DNA of 64,000 nucleotides from Ostrea edulis (lineage: Eukaryota). The notes beneath the pieces are model-generated. The model had not been told where the DNA came from, made no database searches, and saw nothing but the letters and a program-made list of their open reading frames with translations. Made by a program: the position numbers and the translations under genes. Numbering within the stretch: position 1 is the stretch's first letter; each line of letters starts with the position of its first letter. Below, in pieces: positions 24,764 through 36,520 of the stretch. The stretch is taken from NCBI RefSeq assembly GCF_947568905.1, contig NC_079170.1, forward strand, positions 1,612,001-1,676,000, read 5' to 3'.

Positions 24764-27700
24764 CAATTAGAGAAAAACAAGTTTTGCATCACCTTGTCTT
24801 TACAAAATTGAGAATTAACAGTGAACACTCAAAATTTGTAATTTGTATGCTATAGATATTATTTTTGGAAATGTTTGTAAAGAATTTATTTACTGCTAAA
24901 ACATATATCAATGATAAATTATTCCTATGAATTCCATATTATTCTTGCATTTGGCCCAAAGTTACCTCTTCATATTTCTCTTGAAATTCAGTTCAATATC
25001 ATGATTTTGAAACACTCCTAAAACTGCCCCTATTTTCATGGCAATGATATATTTTGTGTACACATTTCAAATCATATATGATGTTACATTTTGTAAATCA
25101 CTTCCTACTCGAGACCTTATTTTGGTATACAAAAAAAATGTACTTACAAGGGGTCTTGGTGCAAAAATAAGGTTCTCATGAATATTTATATAGATAGAAT
25201 GCACATATAACATGAATAATCAGTGATAAACAAACTTAATATTTGTGAAAAAAAAAAATGTTGCTGATCAGTCTGACCTGACAAGGCAAGGTCATTTAGT
25301 GAAATCTATGTGGAATATAGCATTCTAATTACTGTCATAATGAATGTTCTTCCAAAAACAATTGTGTGAATACACGTACGGTATTTAGTACATGTGATAT
25401 GACACTTTATCTAATAAAATGGTACATGCTGCACTGACATAGAAATAAATAAAACTAGCAAACAAAAATTTTAAATCATAAGCAAGAGAAAAAAAAAATG
25501 AAAAAACAAAAAAATAAAACTTATGGAGAATAAAATCTTGAATTTCTACTGACCAATCTATGATTCTACAACATAAACAAGACAGAATAAATACGAATCT
25601 TTTGAAATCTCTATGAAATTTGATCAAATATTTAATGAAGCTACATTGAGAGTTTCAGTTATTAAAAACTTTACACTATGAGAACAAGTGACATTCTGAA
25701 AAGTCTACACCTACAGAAAGACTTGTTTCTTGTGTACATATATATTATTACTACCTTAACTTATCCGAAGAGTCGGATCACGTCGAGTTGACAGGTGCGG
25801 ATCATCAGATCACACGAGATGCAAAGCGTCGAGTTTGATCTGATGATCCGCACCTGTCAACGAGACATGATCCAACTCTTCGGATCAAGTTACTGTAGTA
25901 ATGATAAATTTATTATATACCCCCTTATGCATTTTAAATTCACATTTATAAGAATAATAAATGTAATCCAAATTATCAAAATCACAGACTAACAGTGAAA
26001 TTATATTTTGTGCACGCAGTTTTGTTTGTGACGCGGTCAATATTTTCCACAAATAAAGTTGCGGTGATGACTTGTGACGTCATTGCGACATTATAGGTTT
26101 CAGAGGATACTGATACGGAATCAGAAAACCACAGGGTGGTGATCCAGGACACGAGTACTTCACTTCTGTACAACAGTTACCTTCACCTTACCTGAAATAC
26201 TCCGTTCTGATGGACTCGGTTTCTGTGGTCAGTGTACATTCTTGTTTATCCAGGTTGGTTCTTTTGCTCGTCATATTTAAACCCTTAAAAATAAATTACA
26301 ACATGCATCCTTTTAGCAGAAAAAAATTACAGACTGATACCTGAAGGTGAAGGTTAATCATCTTACTATAATCAGATACATAAAGTTAAGAGTTAAGGCC
26401 CAAAATGAAAATAGCTGGGTTTCTGCCACTCTGACCGACCCAAATTGTACCTCATACCCTGAAATTTATTTTTAGATCTTGCTCAAACTTGTAATACTAT
26501 GTACAGTAGTAGGTAATTTACATGGAACCATACTGAGAAATGAGTAATTATAATTCATTTCTACTGACATACCATAATTATAATTCATTTCTACTGACAT
26601 ACCATAATTATAATTCATTTCTACTGACATATCATAATTTGGACTTGGACGTTAGCAGAAACACAAGAATTTATATTTTTGGCCTTATTAAAATTTTGGA
26701 AAAGGTGTTAATGTATGGGTAGAAACGCACCAAAGTTTAAAATAATCTTAGTTTTCTCAAAATAAATGATCAGATTCTGTTATAAACAATAAAGTGTCTT
26801 GTATTTAAATAAATCAAAATCATTTCCATTTTTTTATTTATTGGGGGGTGGGGGGGGGGGGGGGGGGGTGGGGGTAGGGGATGACACACATACAAAGTTG
26901 AGACACTGCCGCAGTCTGCATTTCTGCCTGATCTTGTTTGGTCCTCCGAACTTCTTCATGTCCTTCAAAAATTTAAAGACCAATCATTTATCAAAAATAA
27001 AAAAATCAACGACACAAGACAATTACATATTCATATCTTCATTAAGTTTGCTTTGATAAAATACTGTTTCTAGTACATGTTCTTTTTTTCACAACTGAAA
27101 CACATTAAATAAACTTATTTAATTACATGTACACATTATGTGTGTAAGTATCATTTGTTGCATCAAGCTCCATCTGATAAAACCAATTTCAAATTTTTTT
27201 GGCGTCAAACTGAGCAATCCATGTTTGTGAAATAGTAGATCAATATATAAAAACAAAAATTGGACCACTTTTTGAAAGGGATAAAAACTTGCAATTTACA
27301 AATGGAAAATGGACGGACACTAACTTTACAATAGTCACACCGAGCACAGTCCTCAGTTCTGTGACAAGCCGTGCATTCACCACAACGCCTGGACGATTTC
27401 TTCTTGCTGCTAGAATCCTGATATACACACAAAAACAAAAAAAAAATTTCACGTCACTAAATTTCAGATTTCTTGTCAATAAAATATAAAATGTTGCACA
27501 ACACTCATACATGTACATGAAACTGAATTTACTGTTACTTAACTGCATAAAAAAAAACCCACATGATTAGTGCATTTGTAATAAAATTCCATTTGAGATT
27601 TGTTCCGACATAAACAAGCCTCTGTACATCTGAAGAAGAATTACCTCTCTGCTTCGGAACTCTCTTTCAGATGAATGTTTATGGGATGAATGCTTCTCTT

Positions 27701-28952
27701 TAGAACTTTTCTTGTGTTTGTATTTAATTTCTAGACTGGCATCTTGTTCTACAACAGCAACAAAAATAAGTTACTTCAAAATGCTATAGATAACTGTTCA
27801 ACACATCTAGAAGAACTTTGACCTAAGGTCAACATTTGTCTTCTATCTGAAACCTTGTAATAAACCCAACAATTTTAACAGATTTAGGTGGTCTGCATGT
27901 GAACTGGTCATTACCAAAATTACTGATTTCTGAGAAAAGCATTCATTAAAATATAATGCAAACCCCAGTCCTTTCCCCCAGTTTTTACAATCAAAATACA
28001 CACAACTGCATTGAGATTAGACAATACAGAAATGGAGTACAGAGAACTTTTTGCCTCACCTCGACAAGACGTACAGTAGAAATGTTTGATGAGCTCTGCG
28101 TCTTTCTGGGTGACGCCGATACAGTCCCCATGGTACCACTCCTCGCAGTTGTCACAGCCACTGAGTCGAGGGAGAATATAAAGACTTTAATGAACAAACA
28201 CCAACAATCAGTTAATAAACAATCGGTCAATACACAATCAGTAAACAGTCAGTCAATACATAGCCAGTCAATATAACAGTCAGTCAATATAACAGTCATA
28301 TTGAATATTTTAGTTTGAAAGTTATGACCAAGGTTAACGTCACAGACAGATAAAAGTGCACTAGTCAACATGGAGCTATAGACGACATCCTCCACACAAA
28401 TCATACCTTTACATGCAATATTCACACAGAGAAAAACCATGTATTAATGACTCTTTTAATAAAGGAAATTGACGATTGCATCAGATTATATTTACATTTG
28501 CAATCATTTTACCTTTATATCTTATGTGAACAATCATGTCAATGTGCGTGTGAACCTTGATAAATATGGTAAGACTATTTTTACCACTTGGAATTCTGAT
28601 AGAAAAGAAAGTAAAAAGTAACCATAAAAAAATAAATTTCACTTTTTTTAAAAAATACATGAGGGCATGAATTGCAATATATGCATTACAGCAGCATACT
28701 TTTCATAAAGCTCTCCATGAAGTAAGCTGACGTGAAGCATTGCAGTCATGTATTTTTCAAAAATGAAACTGAAGTTATTCCTTAACTGAATGTCAAATGC
28801 CAAATAAATCATCACTGGCTGACATACATCATGAATCGACTGCAGTCTTTAGATCGGCAGATACAGTACTCCTGTTCGTACGGCCCGCCCGGTCCCTCGT
28901 GGTCCATGATTCGGATCAGCTGTTCTACCTTGGCTTGTCGCTCTGGTAACAT
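11433..28952 (-). CDS. CXXC1: CXXC-type zinc finger protein 1 (CFP1, SET1/COMPASS subunit), 14 coding exons, 564 aa
   Basis: complement join(28828..28952,28060..28160,27645..27748,27325..27417,26894..26962,26192..26283,17448..17532,15396..15494,14950..15119,14194..14401,13589..13696,13099..13242,12444..12596,11433..11576). All junctions GT-AG and phase-consistent. PHD (YCICRSKDCSRFMIGCDNCEEWYHGDC), CXXC ([40 protein letters not shown]) and SET1-interaction/C-terminal region (RIYELLPPKIQQW, QTSFGSIYKTRIEG, CWEKLRRAEIDMER). Confidence 0.97.
12444..12596 (-). CDS. CXXC1: CXXC1 exon 13
   Basis: EEVCGCPIVVDVF...CNKHYCWEKLRRAEIDMERVRQ. Confidence 0.97.
13099..13242 (-). CDS. CXXC1: CXXC1 exon 12
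   Basis: SEAQTSFGSIYKTRIEGNSMFCDYYN...YCKRLKVLCPEH. Confidence 0.97.
13589..13696 (-). CDS. CXXC1: CXXC1 exon 11
   Basis: LYCVTCGAELNQKGALRHMEKCFSK. Confidence 0.96.
13885..14196. repeat. 107-bp tandem triplication at the start of CXXC1 intron 10
   Basis: Units start at 13885, 13992 and 14099. Confidence 0.92.
14194..14401 (-). CDS. CXXC1: CXXC1 exon 10 (SET1-interaction/coiled coil)
   Basis: RIYELLPPKIQQWQSSPCVTEETNKKMLEKIRREQ. Confidence 0.97.
14950..15119 (-). CDS. CXXC1: CXXC1 exon 9
   Basis: RQCFGPGCIEAARPNSKYCSDDCGIKLAK (human QCLGPGCVRPAQPSSKYCSDDCGMKLA). Confidence 0.97.
15396..15494 (-). CDS. CXXC1: CXXC1 exon 8 (basic, NLS-like)
   Basis: GKRGRKKSVSESGSAKKKYKKRGRKHSPDKKTK; tttcag/GTAAGA. 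Confidence 0.88.
15646..16897 (+). mobile_element. 5'-truncated RTE-clade LINE (RT C-half with embedded PHD-like finger), pseudogenised, antisense in CXXC1 intron 7
   Basis: GVHQGSVLSPLLF and LYADDLV RT motifs; C4HC3 finger; frameshift near 16280, stop at 16467; (GAT)n tail about 16878-16897. Confidence 0.92.
17448..17532 (-). CDS. CXXC1: CXXC1 exon 7 (acidic)
   Basis: GVRDEDDDYMDVDDDPDYGSENIEKSPK; cttcag acceptor, GTAGG donor; phases 2-0. Confidence 0.85.
17543..19835. repeat. 63/56-bp minisatellite, block 1 (aaataaag[aataaag]aactacctcatgtaacacaggatatgtctctctgtgtgaagtcattat)
   Basis: Directly visible; gives the 21-aa repeat ORF on -. Confidence 0.97.
19836..20291 (-). repeat. 456-bp inverted copy of 22046-22501 inserted in the minisatellite
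   Basis: ORFs 20070..20285(-) and 22052..22267(+) translate identically; both junctions traced by eye. Confidence 0.95.
20292..21352. repeat. 63/56-bp minisatellite, block 2
   Basis: Same unit as block 1. Confidence 0.97.
21528..21908. repeat. 35-bp minisatellite (aaacacrcccacccaatatattcaataatgctgtt), about 11 copies
   Basis: Directly visible. Confidence 0.95.
22180..22935 (+). mobile_element. Helentron-associated non-autonomous element with oyster satellite-like internal repeats
   Basis: Starts aagaggcccatggaccacat..ctcacctgag, has internal ttgaatctgcacta repeats, ends gatcagaaaagctcacttgagccttcagctcagg palindrome. Confidence 0.8.
23153..24170. repeat. 36-bp minisatellite (gtgtcattacatcagaccataatacgaactgtctaa), about 27 copies, with occasional ataggtgtacata spacers
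   Basis: Directly visible; 12-aa periodic ORFs on both strands. Confidence 0.96.
24700..24760. repeat. (GA)n microsatellite
   Basis: Directly visible. Confidence 0.98.
25748..26150. mobile_element. Hairpin-bearing non-autonomous element (copy 2, 3'-truncated) in CXXC1 intron 6
   Basis: Aligns to 10213-10620. Confidence 0.7.
26192..26283 (-). CDS. CXXC1: CXXC1 exon 6 (linker)
   Basis: Only one open frame between AG and GTAAGG; the phase 0-2 exon fits its neighbours. Confidence 0.8.
26894..26962 (-). CDS. CXXC1: CXXC1 exon 5 (KFGG motif)
   Basis: [23 protein letters not shown]. Confidence 0.97.
27325..27417 (-). CDS. CXXC1: CXXC1 exon 4 (CXXC finger)
   Basis: [24 protein letters not shown]. 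Confidence 0.97.
27645..27748 (-). CDS. CXXC1: CXXC1 exon 3
   Basis: EQDASLEIKYKHKKSS (human KDPKLEIRYRHKKS); phases 1-0. Confidence 0.93.
28060..28160 (-). CDS. CXXC1: CXXC1 exon 2 (PHD finger)
   Basis: GCDNCEEWYHGDCIGVTQKDAELIKHFYCTSCR; AG/GT flanks. Confidence 0.97.
28828..28952 (-). CDS. CXXC1: CXXC1 coding exon 1 (MLPERQAK...YCICRSKDCSRFMI)
   Basis: ATG 28952, GTATGT donor, phase 2; the true start may lie slightly upstream (see findings). Confidence 0.88.
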
Positions 28953-29432
28953 TGTGCTGTATTGCTTGGCCTTGTCCGCGGCCTCCTGGACTCCCCGCCC
29001 TACAATGTGTGCCCCTATTCACCTGTTTAGTTACTGGATAACAAATGGTGATGCACCACCTTTATTTATCTGCTGTGGGGCAACAATTAAGACATTGTGA
29101 TCTGCAAAATGTAGAAATACTAATATTAATTATTAACAGTCTGGTATTATGGCATTGTAATTTCTCTTTCATCTCAATTTGATTCATTTGCATCAGTTAC
29201 TGTACGATGCATGCTTTTAAGTTGGAAAATTTCGTTAATCTTAGAAATAAATTTGAAATAATGACATGAAATGTAGTTGTTAACTTGTATTTACACCGGT
29301 GAAGGAAACTGTTTCGAATTTCCTCCAAAGAAATGATTCGTGTTTCTTAATCTTACCGTTAATTTTAAATTTAGTAATCTCATGAAAAATATAGTGTTAA
29401 ATATTATGGCATATAGATATAGGTCCTTACGT

Positions 29433-29600
29433 TCACTCAACTTTCAGTATGTTTTATCATCCACACAGAAATATAAACTTTCTTAAAATCCGACTCCGAG
29501 TTCGAACGCAAATCGACAAACGTTATGACGATCTAAAATCTGGGTCGGCGACAAGTCAAATCAGCCCCATTTCATTTCGGCACGGTTGACGAGGGAAAAA
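29433..29600 (-). promoter_or_regulatory. Likely non-coding first exon/TSS region of CXXC1
   Basis: Locally CpG-richer segment ending in a gaac|GTAAGG donor near 29432; no long ORF. Confidence 0.35.
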
Positions 29601-29742
29601 GCCCAAAATCACGTATCAAATCGACAAGTACTTGTCATCAGATTTAAGGGGGGATTTTAATTAAAGGATTTAATCAAATTCAAGGGGTTTAGCATGAGCT
29701 GATAATTTTTAATTAAAAAAGAAGACACCCCCTCCCAAATTG

Positions 29743-30149
29743 CAAGGGCGGATCCAGGAATTGTGGTTACGGGAGGCGCCACTTTATGAGGCAGGGGGTC
29801 TGGGGGCCGCCTTGAGGGTCCAGGGGGCGAAGCCCCCGAAAGCTCCTGGATTTTATAGGACTTGAAATATGTCTTCTATTCAGTCATTTGTACTATTACT
29901 GTTTTCTGTCATTTTTAATAAGGTGAAATTAATAAAATGACGCAAATTTTAAATGTTTTTGGAAAAACTTAAGTTCTCCCAATAGAATAATGCAAGAAAT
30001 CAAAAGATTTTGTCATCTATTTCTCCGGGAGTGTTAGAAATTATTGCTTCTTTTGTCGTTTAGTACATTTTTCTGAGCAGGACACCACGATTTACCTTAA
30101 ATTTGAAAAAAAAAAAATGGGGGGGGGGGGGTGCTTAAATCTGCCACTG
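29743..30149. mobile_element. MITE with short TIRs (caagggcggatcc...aaatctgccactg)
   Basis: Terminal inverted similarity; second copy at 7714-8534. Confidence 0.7.
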
Positions 30150-30479
30150 AATTGTAATTGTGAATAAGTAATCTGTAATGGTTTCGCTGATGTAGTGGTT
30201 TGCGCTAGTTCACGGCTACTCCCGCTCTGGCAGTGTTTTAATCGTTATAAACTGTACTGGATACGGCTTGACGATGTAGTGATAATTTTATTGGTACGAT
30301 GATGTAGGTTTTTCTTCAGATCGATTCCGATAGACAATACAAGAAAATTTTTCAACCGTGTCGGTGTGTTCGGTAGAGCGTTCATTGGTAAATATTCCAT
30401 CATATGACTATGCAAGCAGAATCTAGCAAATTCGTTTGGTAATTTCTTTCATGGAAAAGTACAGATAATATCTGAGAAA

Positions 30480-31510
30480 CTCTTTCTGCTTCAAAAAAGC
30501 AAGCCAACATAGAAGGGGTGATATTCTTGGAGCAGACATGAAATTTGATGATATGGTACTTGTTCTTGGATCAGCAACGTAAGCTGAAGTTTGCAAGATC
30601 ATCATGACGTCCCCTTCAAAATCACATGAACTGGATCCAGTACCCTCATCAAACAGTACCCTCATCAAACAGTACCCCAGTACCCTCATCACTTTCGGAA
30701 TCATGTCTTGACTGTCTCCTTCCTTCGACCATAGCCATCGTAAATAAACTTCTATCAGAATCAGCATCNNNNNNNNNNNNNNNNNNNNNNNNNNNNNNNN
30801 NNNNNNNNNNNNNNNNNNNNNNNNNNNNNNNNNNNNNNNNNNNNNNNNNNNNNNNNNNNNNNNNNNNNNNNNNNNNNNNNNNNNNNNNNNNNNNNNNNNN
30901 NNNNNNNNNNNNNNNNNNNNNNNNNNNNNNCAAAGAGGTGTTCAGGAACTATCGTCCTGTTTCAAATCTCCAATATATTTTCTTCTAATTCTTGAGAAAG
31001 TTGTTCACACTAGGCTAGAAGATCGTCTCCAACCAAATCAATTAATGAACAGCTATCTACTTATCGTGTTACTAGACCGAGAGACCGAGACTGCTTTTCT
31101 TAGAGTCCACTACGACATCACAACTGCTTTGGATGATAGTACATGTGTTCTTGATGTTAATTCTCGACAGCTTAGGATGTCCATTCATCGACTTGAATAT
31201 TCATTGTGTATAACTAGGTCAGCCTCGTTATGGATACAGTCGTACCATATTGGTCGGTGTCAACACATTGTTGTTGGATCACCAGTGTCTCGTGAAATCA
31301 GTCTGAATCTTGGTGTTCCGCATGGATCTAGTGAAATCAGTCTGAATCTTGGTGTTCCGCATGGATCTAGTGAAATCAGTCTGAATCTTGGTGTTCCGCA
31401 TGGATCTAGTGAAATCAATCTGAATCTTGGTGTTCCGCATGGATCTGTTTTGGATCCACAATCATATGGCGAGTTCGCAAAACCCACATGCAACATCTGC
31501 CGAAAACACA
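30480..31510 (+). mobile_element. Degenerate CR1/L2-type LINE RT fragment spanning the gap
   Basis: KSHELDPVP, NYRPVSNL, TETAFLRVHYDI and GVPHGSVLDP motifs with frameshifts. Confidence 0.85.
30769..30930. other. Assembly gap (162 N)
   Basis: Run of n. Confidence 1.
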
Positions 31511-31576
31511 ATATGGGATTCCAGTGTTTAAATGGAAGACCTACTTTTCTAAAATAAGTTCTTGGATGAACATCAA

Positions 31577-31790
31577 TGAAAAGTGAAGATAACGAACAGT
31601 GATCAATCTCATAACTACTATAAGCAATACAAAATAGATAGTTGGGCAAACACGGACCCCTGGACACACCAGGGGTGGGATCAGATGCCTATGAGGAGTA
31701 AGCATCCCCTGCCGACCGGTTAAGAAATACAAAATAGATAGTTGGGCAAACACAGGCTCATGGACACAATACGATGTAATTAAAGCATCC
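31577..31790 (-). mobile_element. Penelope-like 3' terminal module
   Basis: gtgaagataacgaacagtgatcaatctcataact...ggcaaacacggacccctggacacacc. Confidence 0.8.
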
Positions 31791-31952
31791 CCAGAAGTCA
31801 TTGACTTTTCTTTCGTCAAGACATATAGATAAAGGCTTCAGAATGGTAATTTAAAAAATCCTGTGTCAAAAATTTTGGAGTGTACACCGATTCTGCATTC
31901 AATAGGACTAAGCAGATTCGTTCATTACGAAATCGTTATGCCACCAGTTACG

Positions 31953-33838
31953 TATGGCAAGCCCTTTTACTATTTATTCGAAATGAGAGAAATCTCTTAA
32001 TCTTAAGAGATATCTCTCTAGATAAGAGATATCTCTTTCACTTAGAGAGATATCTCTTTTACTTAAAGATATATCTCTTTTACTTTGAGATATACCTCCT
32101 TCACTTAAAGAGATATCTCTCTAAGAATTCCTAGAGAGATATCTCTCAAAATATAAGAGATATCTCTTTAATCGTTGAAATAGAGATATCTCTCAAAGAG
32201 AAAGAGATATCTCTTTCCAATATTTTTATTAGTTTGAATACTTAAGTACTCCTCCCTAAAACGGAAGCCCGCCAAAGCAAATCTTACCATGATGGCTGGG
32301 GTGTTGCTAAAACGCGGAACGGAAAATAGAACGGAAAACGGAAAATATATGCAATAATGTCATGAGGAGGTCAACATTTTGCAAAATCAAAAGGCTTATT
32401 TTGAACAAGGAATGCAGAAATTATAGAGAGAACAGGAAGTCATCCTCAGAATCCACCATTTCATATTGATACCTCATACTAAAGCATTATTATGTATTTT
32501 TTCACGGTGTGTTTTGCGGATGAATGTACCAACAGGCACTTGTTTAATATTTTGCATATAGTAAGTTTTAATAAAAATATTAAGCAAGCGCCTATTGGCA
32601 CCATCTTTTTTCCCGGCTTTGTCCTCACTATTTAGGATTGGAGTGTTGCGGTTACTAAGTCTCCTGTTAGTTAAAAAATGATAAATCAGACAAAATATGC
32701 TTAACTTCTTGACTAAATAAGATCATGAATTATTATTGTTTTATACATCTCACACTCCTTGTTGCAAGTACACACATACACGGTATTATTTGTAAATACA
32801 TGTATGTGTACATGTGCGTTAATGACGTTTTACCACCGGGGGGGGGGGGGTAGATAAACCACGTGTGTTTTCATTCTCTACCCATAGGTTAGGTGTCACT
32901 GCTCGCTAACAACCCTGTCATTGCCAAAATTTCGAAATTCTTGTAAAATGCCTTGTAAATTCTTATACTAACGTTTAACTAAATTCGATTAATCAATTTA
33001 TAATGCAAAATTTTAAGATAAAGTTGTTTTATCGCTTGTAAACAATTCCCAAATTGTTGATTTTAATCAAAATGGACCCCCCCCCCCTGATTTTTTACCG
33101 TTATCTTATCTACATTAATCATTCTAATTCTTAAATTCTGTTCCGTTTCGTTTTCCGTTCCGTGTTTTAGCAACACACTGATGACTGCAATCCCGTGGGA
33201 AGATTTTGCTTTTTACCGCATGTGAAATGTATATATGTACAGGTAACAGAAAACGAAGGCAATAAATTGATGAAATATGCGAGCTAGACTGGATTTCGCC
33301 TCTGGGCAACTTGACAATATTACCCCCAACCACCTCTTCAACCTTTCCCGCCATTTGTAGGCTAGAAGTATTTTGCTTGGTTAAAAATAGGGTTACATCA
33401 TTTCACTGAAAATGCAACAGGGAGAAGTCATTATGATCACCGGAGGAAATCTAAAGAGATATTTCTTTATATTAAAGAGATATCTCTTTTTGAAAATTTA
33501 AAGAGATATCTCTCTAACTTAAAGAGATATCCTTTTTACATCGATAGAGAGATATCTCTTTACGCTAGAGATATATCTCTTTCTCTCTGAAAGATATCTC
33601 TCTAGCTTTGAGAGATATCTCTCTAGCTTTAAGAGATATCTCTCAAAGAGAAAGAGATATCTCCCAAGCGTAAAGAGATATCTCATTTGCTTATAGAGAT
33701 ATCTCTTTAAACAAAAGATATCTCCCTAGCGTAAAAAAATATCTCTCTAACTTACAGAGATATCTCTTTAACCAATAAAGATATCTCTCTTATTTAAAGA
33801 GATATTTTATTTTATGAATAGTAAAAGGACTTACCATA
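31953..33838. mobile_element. Non-autonomous TIR element with 6-bp TSD (GTTACG) and subterminal AGAGATATCTCT arrays
   Basis: Left TIR tatggcaagcccttttactatt; right TIR reverse complement tatggtaagtccttttactatt; GTTACG at 31947-31952 and 33839-33844. Confidence 0.8.
32299..33177. mobile_element. MITE nested in the above (TIR gtgttgctaaaac[g/a]cggaacggaaaa)
   Basis: About 45-bp inverted repeats at 32299-32345 and 33135-33177; possible CTG TSD. Confidence 0.75.
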
Positions 33839-33847
33839 GTTACGTCA

Positions 33848-35020
33848 TGAAAAGTTGAAGATAACGAACAGTGATACATATCATAACTAAAAGAATACAA
33901 AGTTAAGAGTAGGACAAACACAGACCCTCGATATACCAGAGGTGGGATCGGGTGCCTAGGAGGAGTAAGGATCCCCTGTCGACCGGTCACACCCACCGTG
34001 AACCCTATATCTCGATTGAGTAATATGAATAATCTGTAGTCAAACTCATTGTATATGCAAAGAACGGCCTAAATCGGTATGAAACATGTTAGACAGCATT
34101 TTACCCAATGGCGGGTTGTATTTGTAAATTAGATCTTTCTAACGATCGTATTTAAAATTTGCGGAACGATAGCTTTTAAAAGAATCTGTTCAAATCCCTG
34201 TAATATCATCGTATTTGTCGGTAGCTTGTTCGATTTAAAACAGACCATAACCAGAACAAGCTCAAGATTGCGTATAGAATCAGTTGAAAGGCATAAACAG
34301 CATATGCAGGTGATAATGGAATTATTGCTACATAAATATGGGACGTTGACGATGGAGAAGTTGAAGTCATCTCGTTTGTCATAAAGTTGAGTACATATGT
34401 AGTTAGTTTGCCGCCAACATCTATGTTCAATAAGATATATAAGGATGAGGCAGATGTGGAAGACTGCGATACATAAATATGAAGTATAAGTATGATCCCA
34501 GTTCTGCTATGTCCAGGGGTCCGTGTTTGCCAAACTATCTATTTTGTATTGCTTATAGGAGTTGTAAGATTGATCATTGTTCGTTATCTTCATCTTTCAT
34601 GAAGCAGATGTGGAAGACTGTGTGGTGTCTTTTATTTCGCGTTCATGGGGATATATCTAATTCACACATGATTTTGTTAATAGATAAAACGTCGTTGATG
34701 TATCTAAATGTCGAGCTGAAGGCTACAACAGGATATTTTTTTCATTCCATATAAAAGCTTTTGAATATATTCTGCCTCATAAGAGTATAAAAATAGGTTG
34801 ATTAATAAAGGAGCACAATTCGTGCCCATGGTAATTTCAACAGACTGTTGGAAGACTTTATCTCCAAATACCACGTAGATATTGTCAATGAGGAACTCCG
34901 TCATATTGTAATACCAACTTCCAAATATCTGTGCATATAATCAAAGTAATTTTTTGAATGACTGATCACCAGATATGAATATTTCTGTTTCATTTTCATT
35001 GCAAAAACAGCTGTGTATGA

Positions 35021-35061
<41 letters not shown>

Positions 35062-36520
35062 CTAGGCTTAAATTCATCATCAGAAATGGGCATGCGATAT
35101 ATTGAAAAGTAATACTATTTGATGCTTTAGATATGGGAAAAGTTTTTTGATTTTAAAATTATTAAAAACTTCTTTGGAATATTTTAAAATCAACATTTTG
35201 TTGACGCAACTTGTCTATATACTGTACTTCGATATATCTGACGTCTTTCCTTCAAAGCAGTTAATTTTCTGTGAAGAGCAAATATGGAAGGAGTCTTGGT
35301 AGAACATTTACTGGATCCAGCGATGTATCTATGTACATATTTGTAAGGATTTTTGTGAAGTTTAGGAATCCAGTATGTTACGGTAACACAATCGTCTCTA
35401 AACATAAATTTGTTTAAAATGAAGCGTGATTTCGAAGTCTTTCGTCTTTTGAAAGGGAAGTTGGAGTAATTCTAAGTAGGATTACCAAATGTGGAAATAC
35501 AGCCAACTTCATTTTACAATACAGGTGTAATAATGAGCCTTACAAAACAAAGACAGGATCTAATTGTTTGATCACTTCTGGTTTACTAAACACAAGGGAA
35601 TAGATGGTGCACATTTTTATTTTAATGTGTCGTATACGAGGTTTTAATATTCCTCTTATATTTTTTATCCATTCTGACAAGGTAGGATAAGCTTTTCCTT
35701 TTTATCGTCTGGTATAATCTTCAACATAATTCATTAAAGAGATGAAGTTCTGTCGCTTATTGAAAGATCGGAGCTCTATGAATTTCTGATCATTTTCAAC
35801 GTTCTCGATATCACCAGTAATGACATGTCCAATTGGACTATAGTTGAAATAAGAACAAGAAGATGTAGGAAGATTTTATACAAAATCATCTATGTCTAGA
35901 CACTGTAAAAGTTGTTAGCAATAAAAAAGAAAAAGGTTTGATGCAATAGTAGAGGTATATTTGTAGGAAATACTAGCGGCAGACTTGAACTTGAAATATG
36001 ATGGAATACTAGACTGATTTTTTTTATGACGAGGAATGTTGTTTATGTCGACGGCATCTATGCTTTTGCTTTAACTGACGGTGTGATTCGAAAGTATCAT
36101 TATCCGCAACTCATGGTAGTTTAAAGCTCCCGTGACGGGCAACATCCGTAATCACGTAATTCACTCTATATTCAGGTGTTAAATAATCTAAGTGTGGGTT
36201 AACTCTGGCTTCTTCAATGGAACATAGATGTATCAAAACTTTCTATGGAACATAGTAGAGCTTTGTACAGATGTGAAGCAAATGTAATTGTCTGTTGACG
36301 TAAGGTAAAGGTGAATCAAATGAGACATCGTGGATATTTGATTTTTAGTAGGTACGATACCCATGGGTACAGTGGCGTCTTTGTGCGCTTGGGAAAAGTC
36401 ACATCACATTAACGTTATCCCCATGTGGACTAGTCAGATTTCCTATATCATCTGTACCATCATTGCACCAATATGGAAACACAACTGCATAGTGTCTTGA
36501 CTAAGAGATATCCTAGTTGT
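33848..36520 (-). mobile_element. Degenerate, 5'-truncated Naiad-type Penelope-like element (EN-linker-RT order)
   Basis: From the high-coordinate end: PY..ND/GNLTSP/DVSFDS, PIGHVITGD, YWIPKLHKNPY, YIAGSSKCSTK, MGTNCAPLL..LFLYSYEAE, DDF.FS..NFP; no C-terminal GIY-YIG before the 3' module. Confidence 0.8.
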
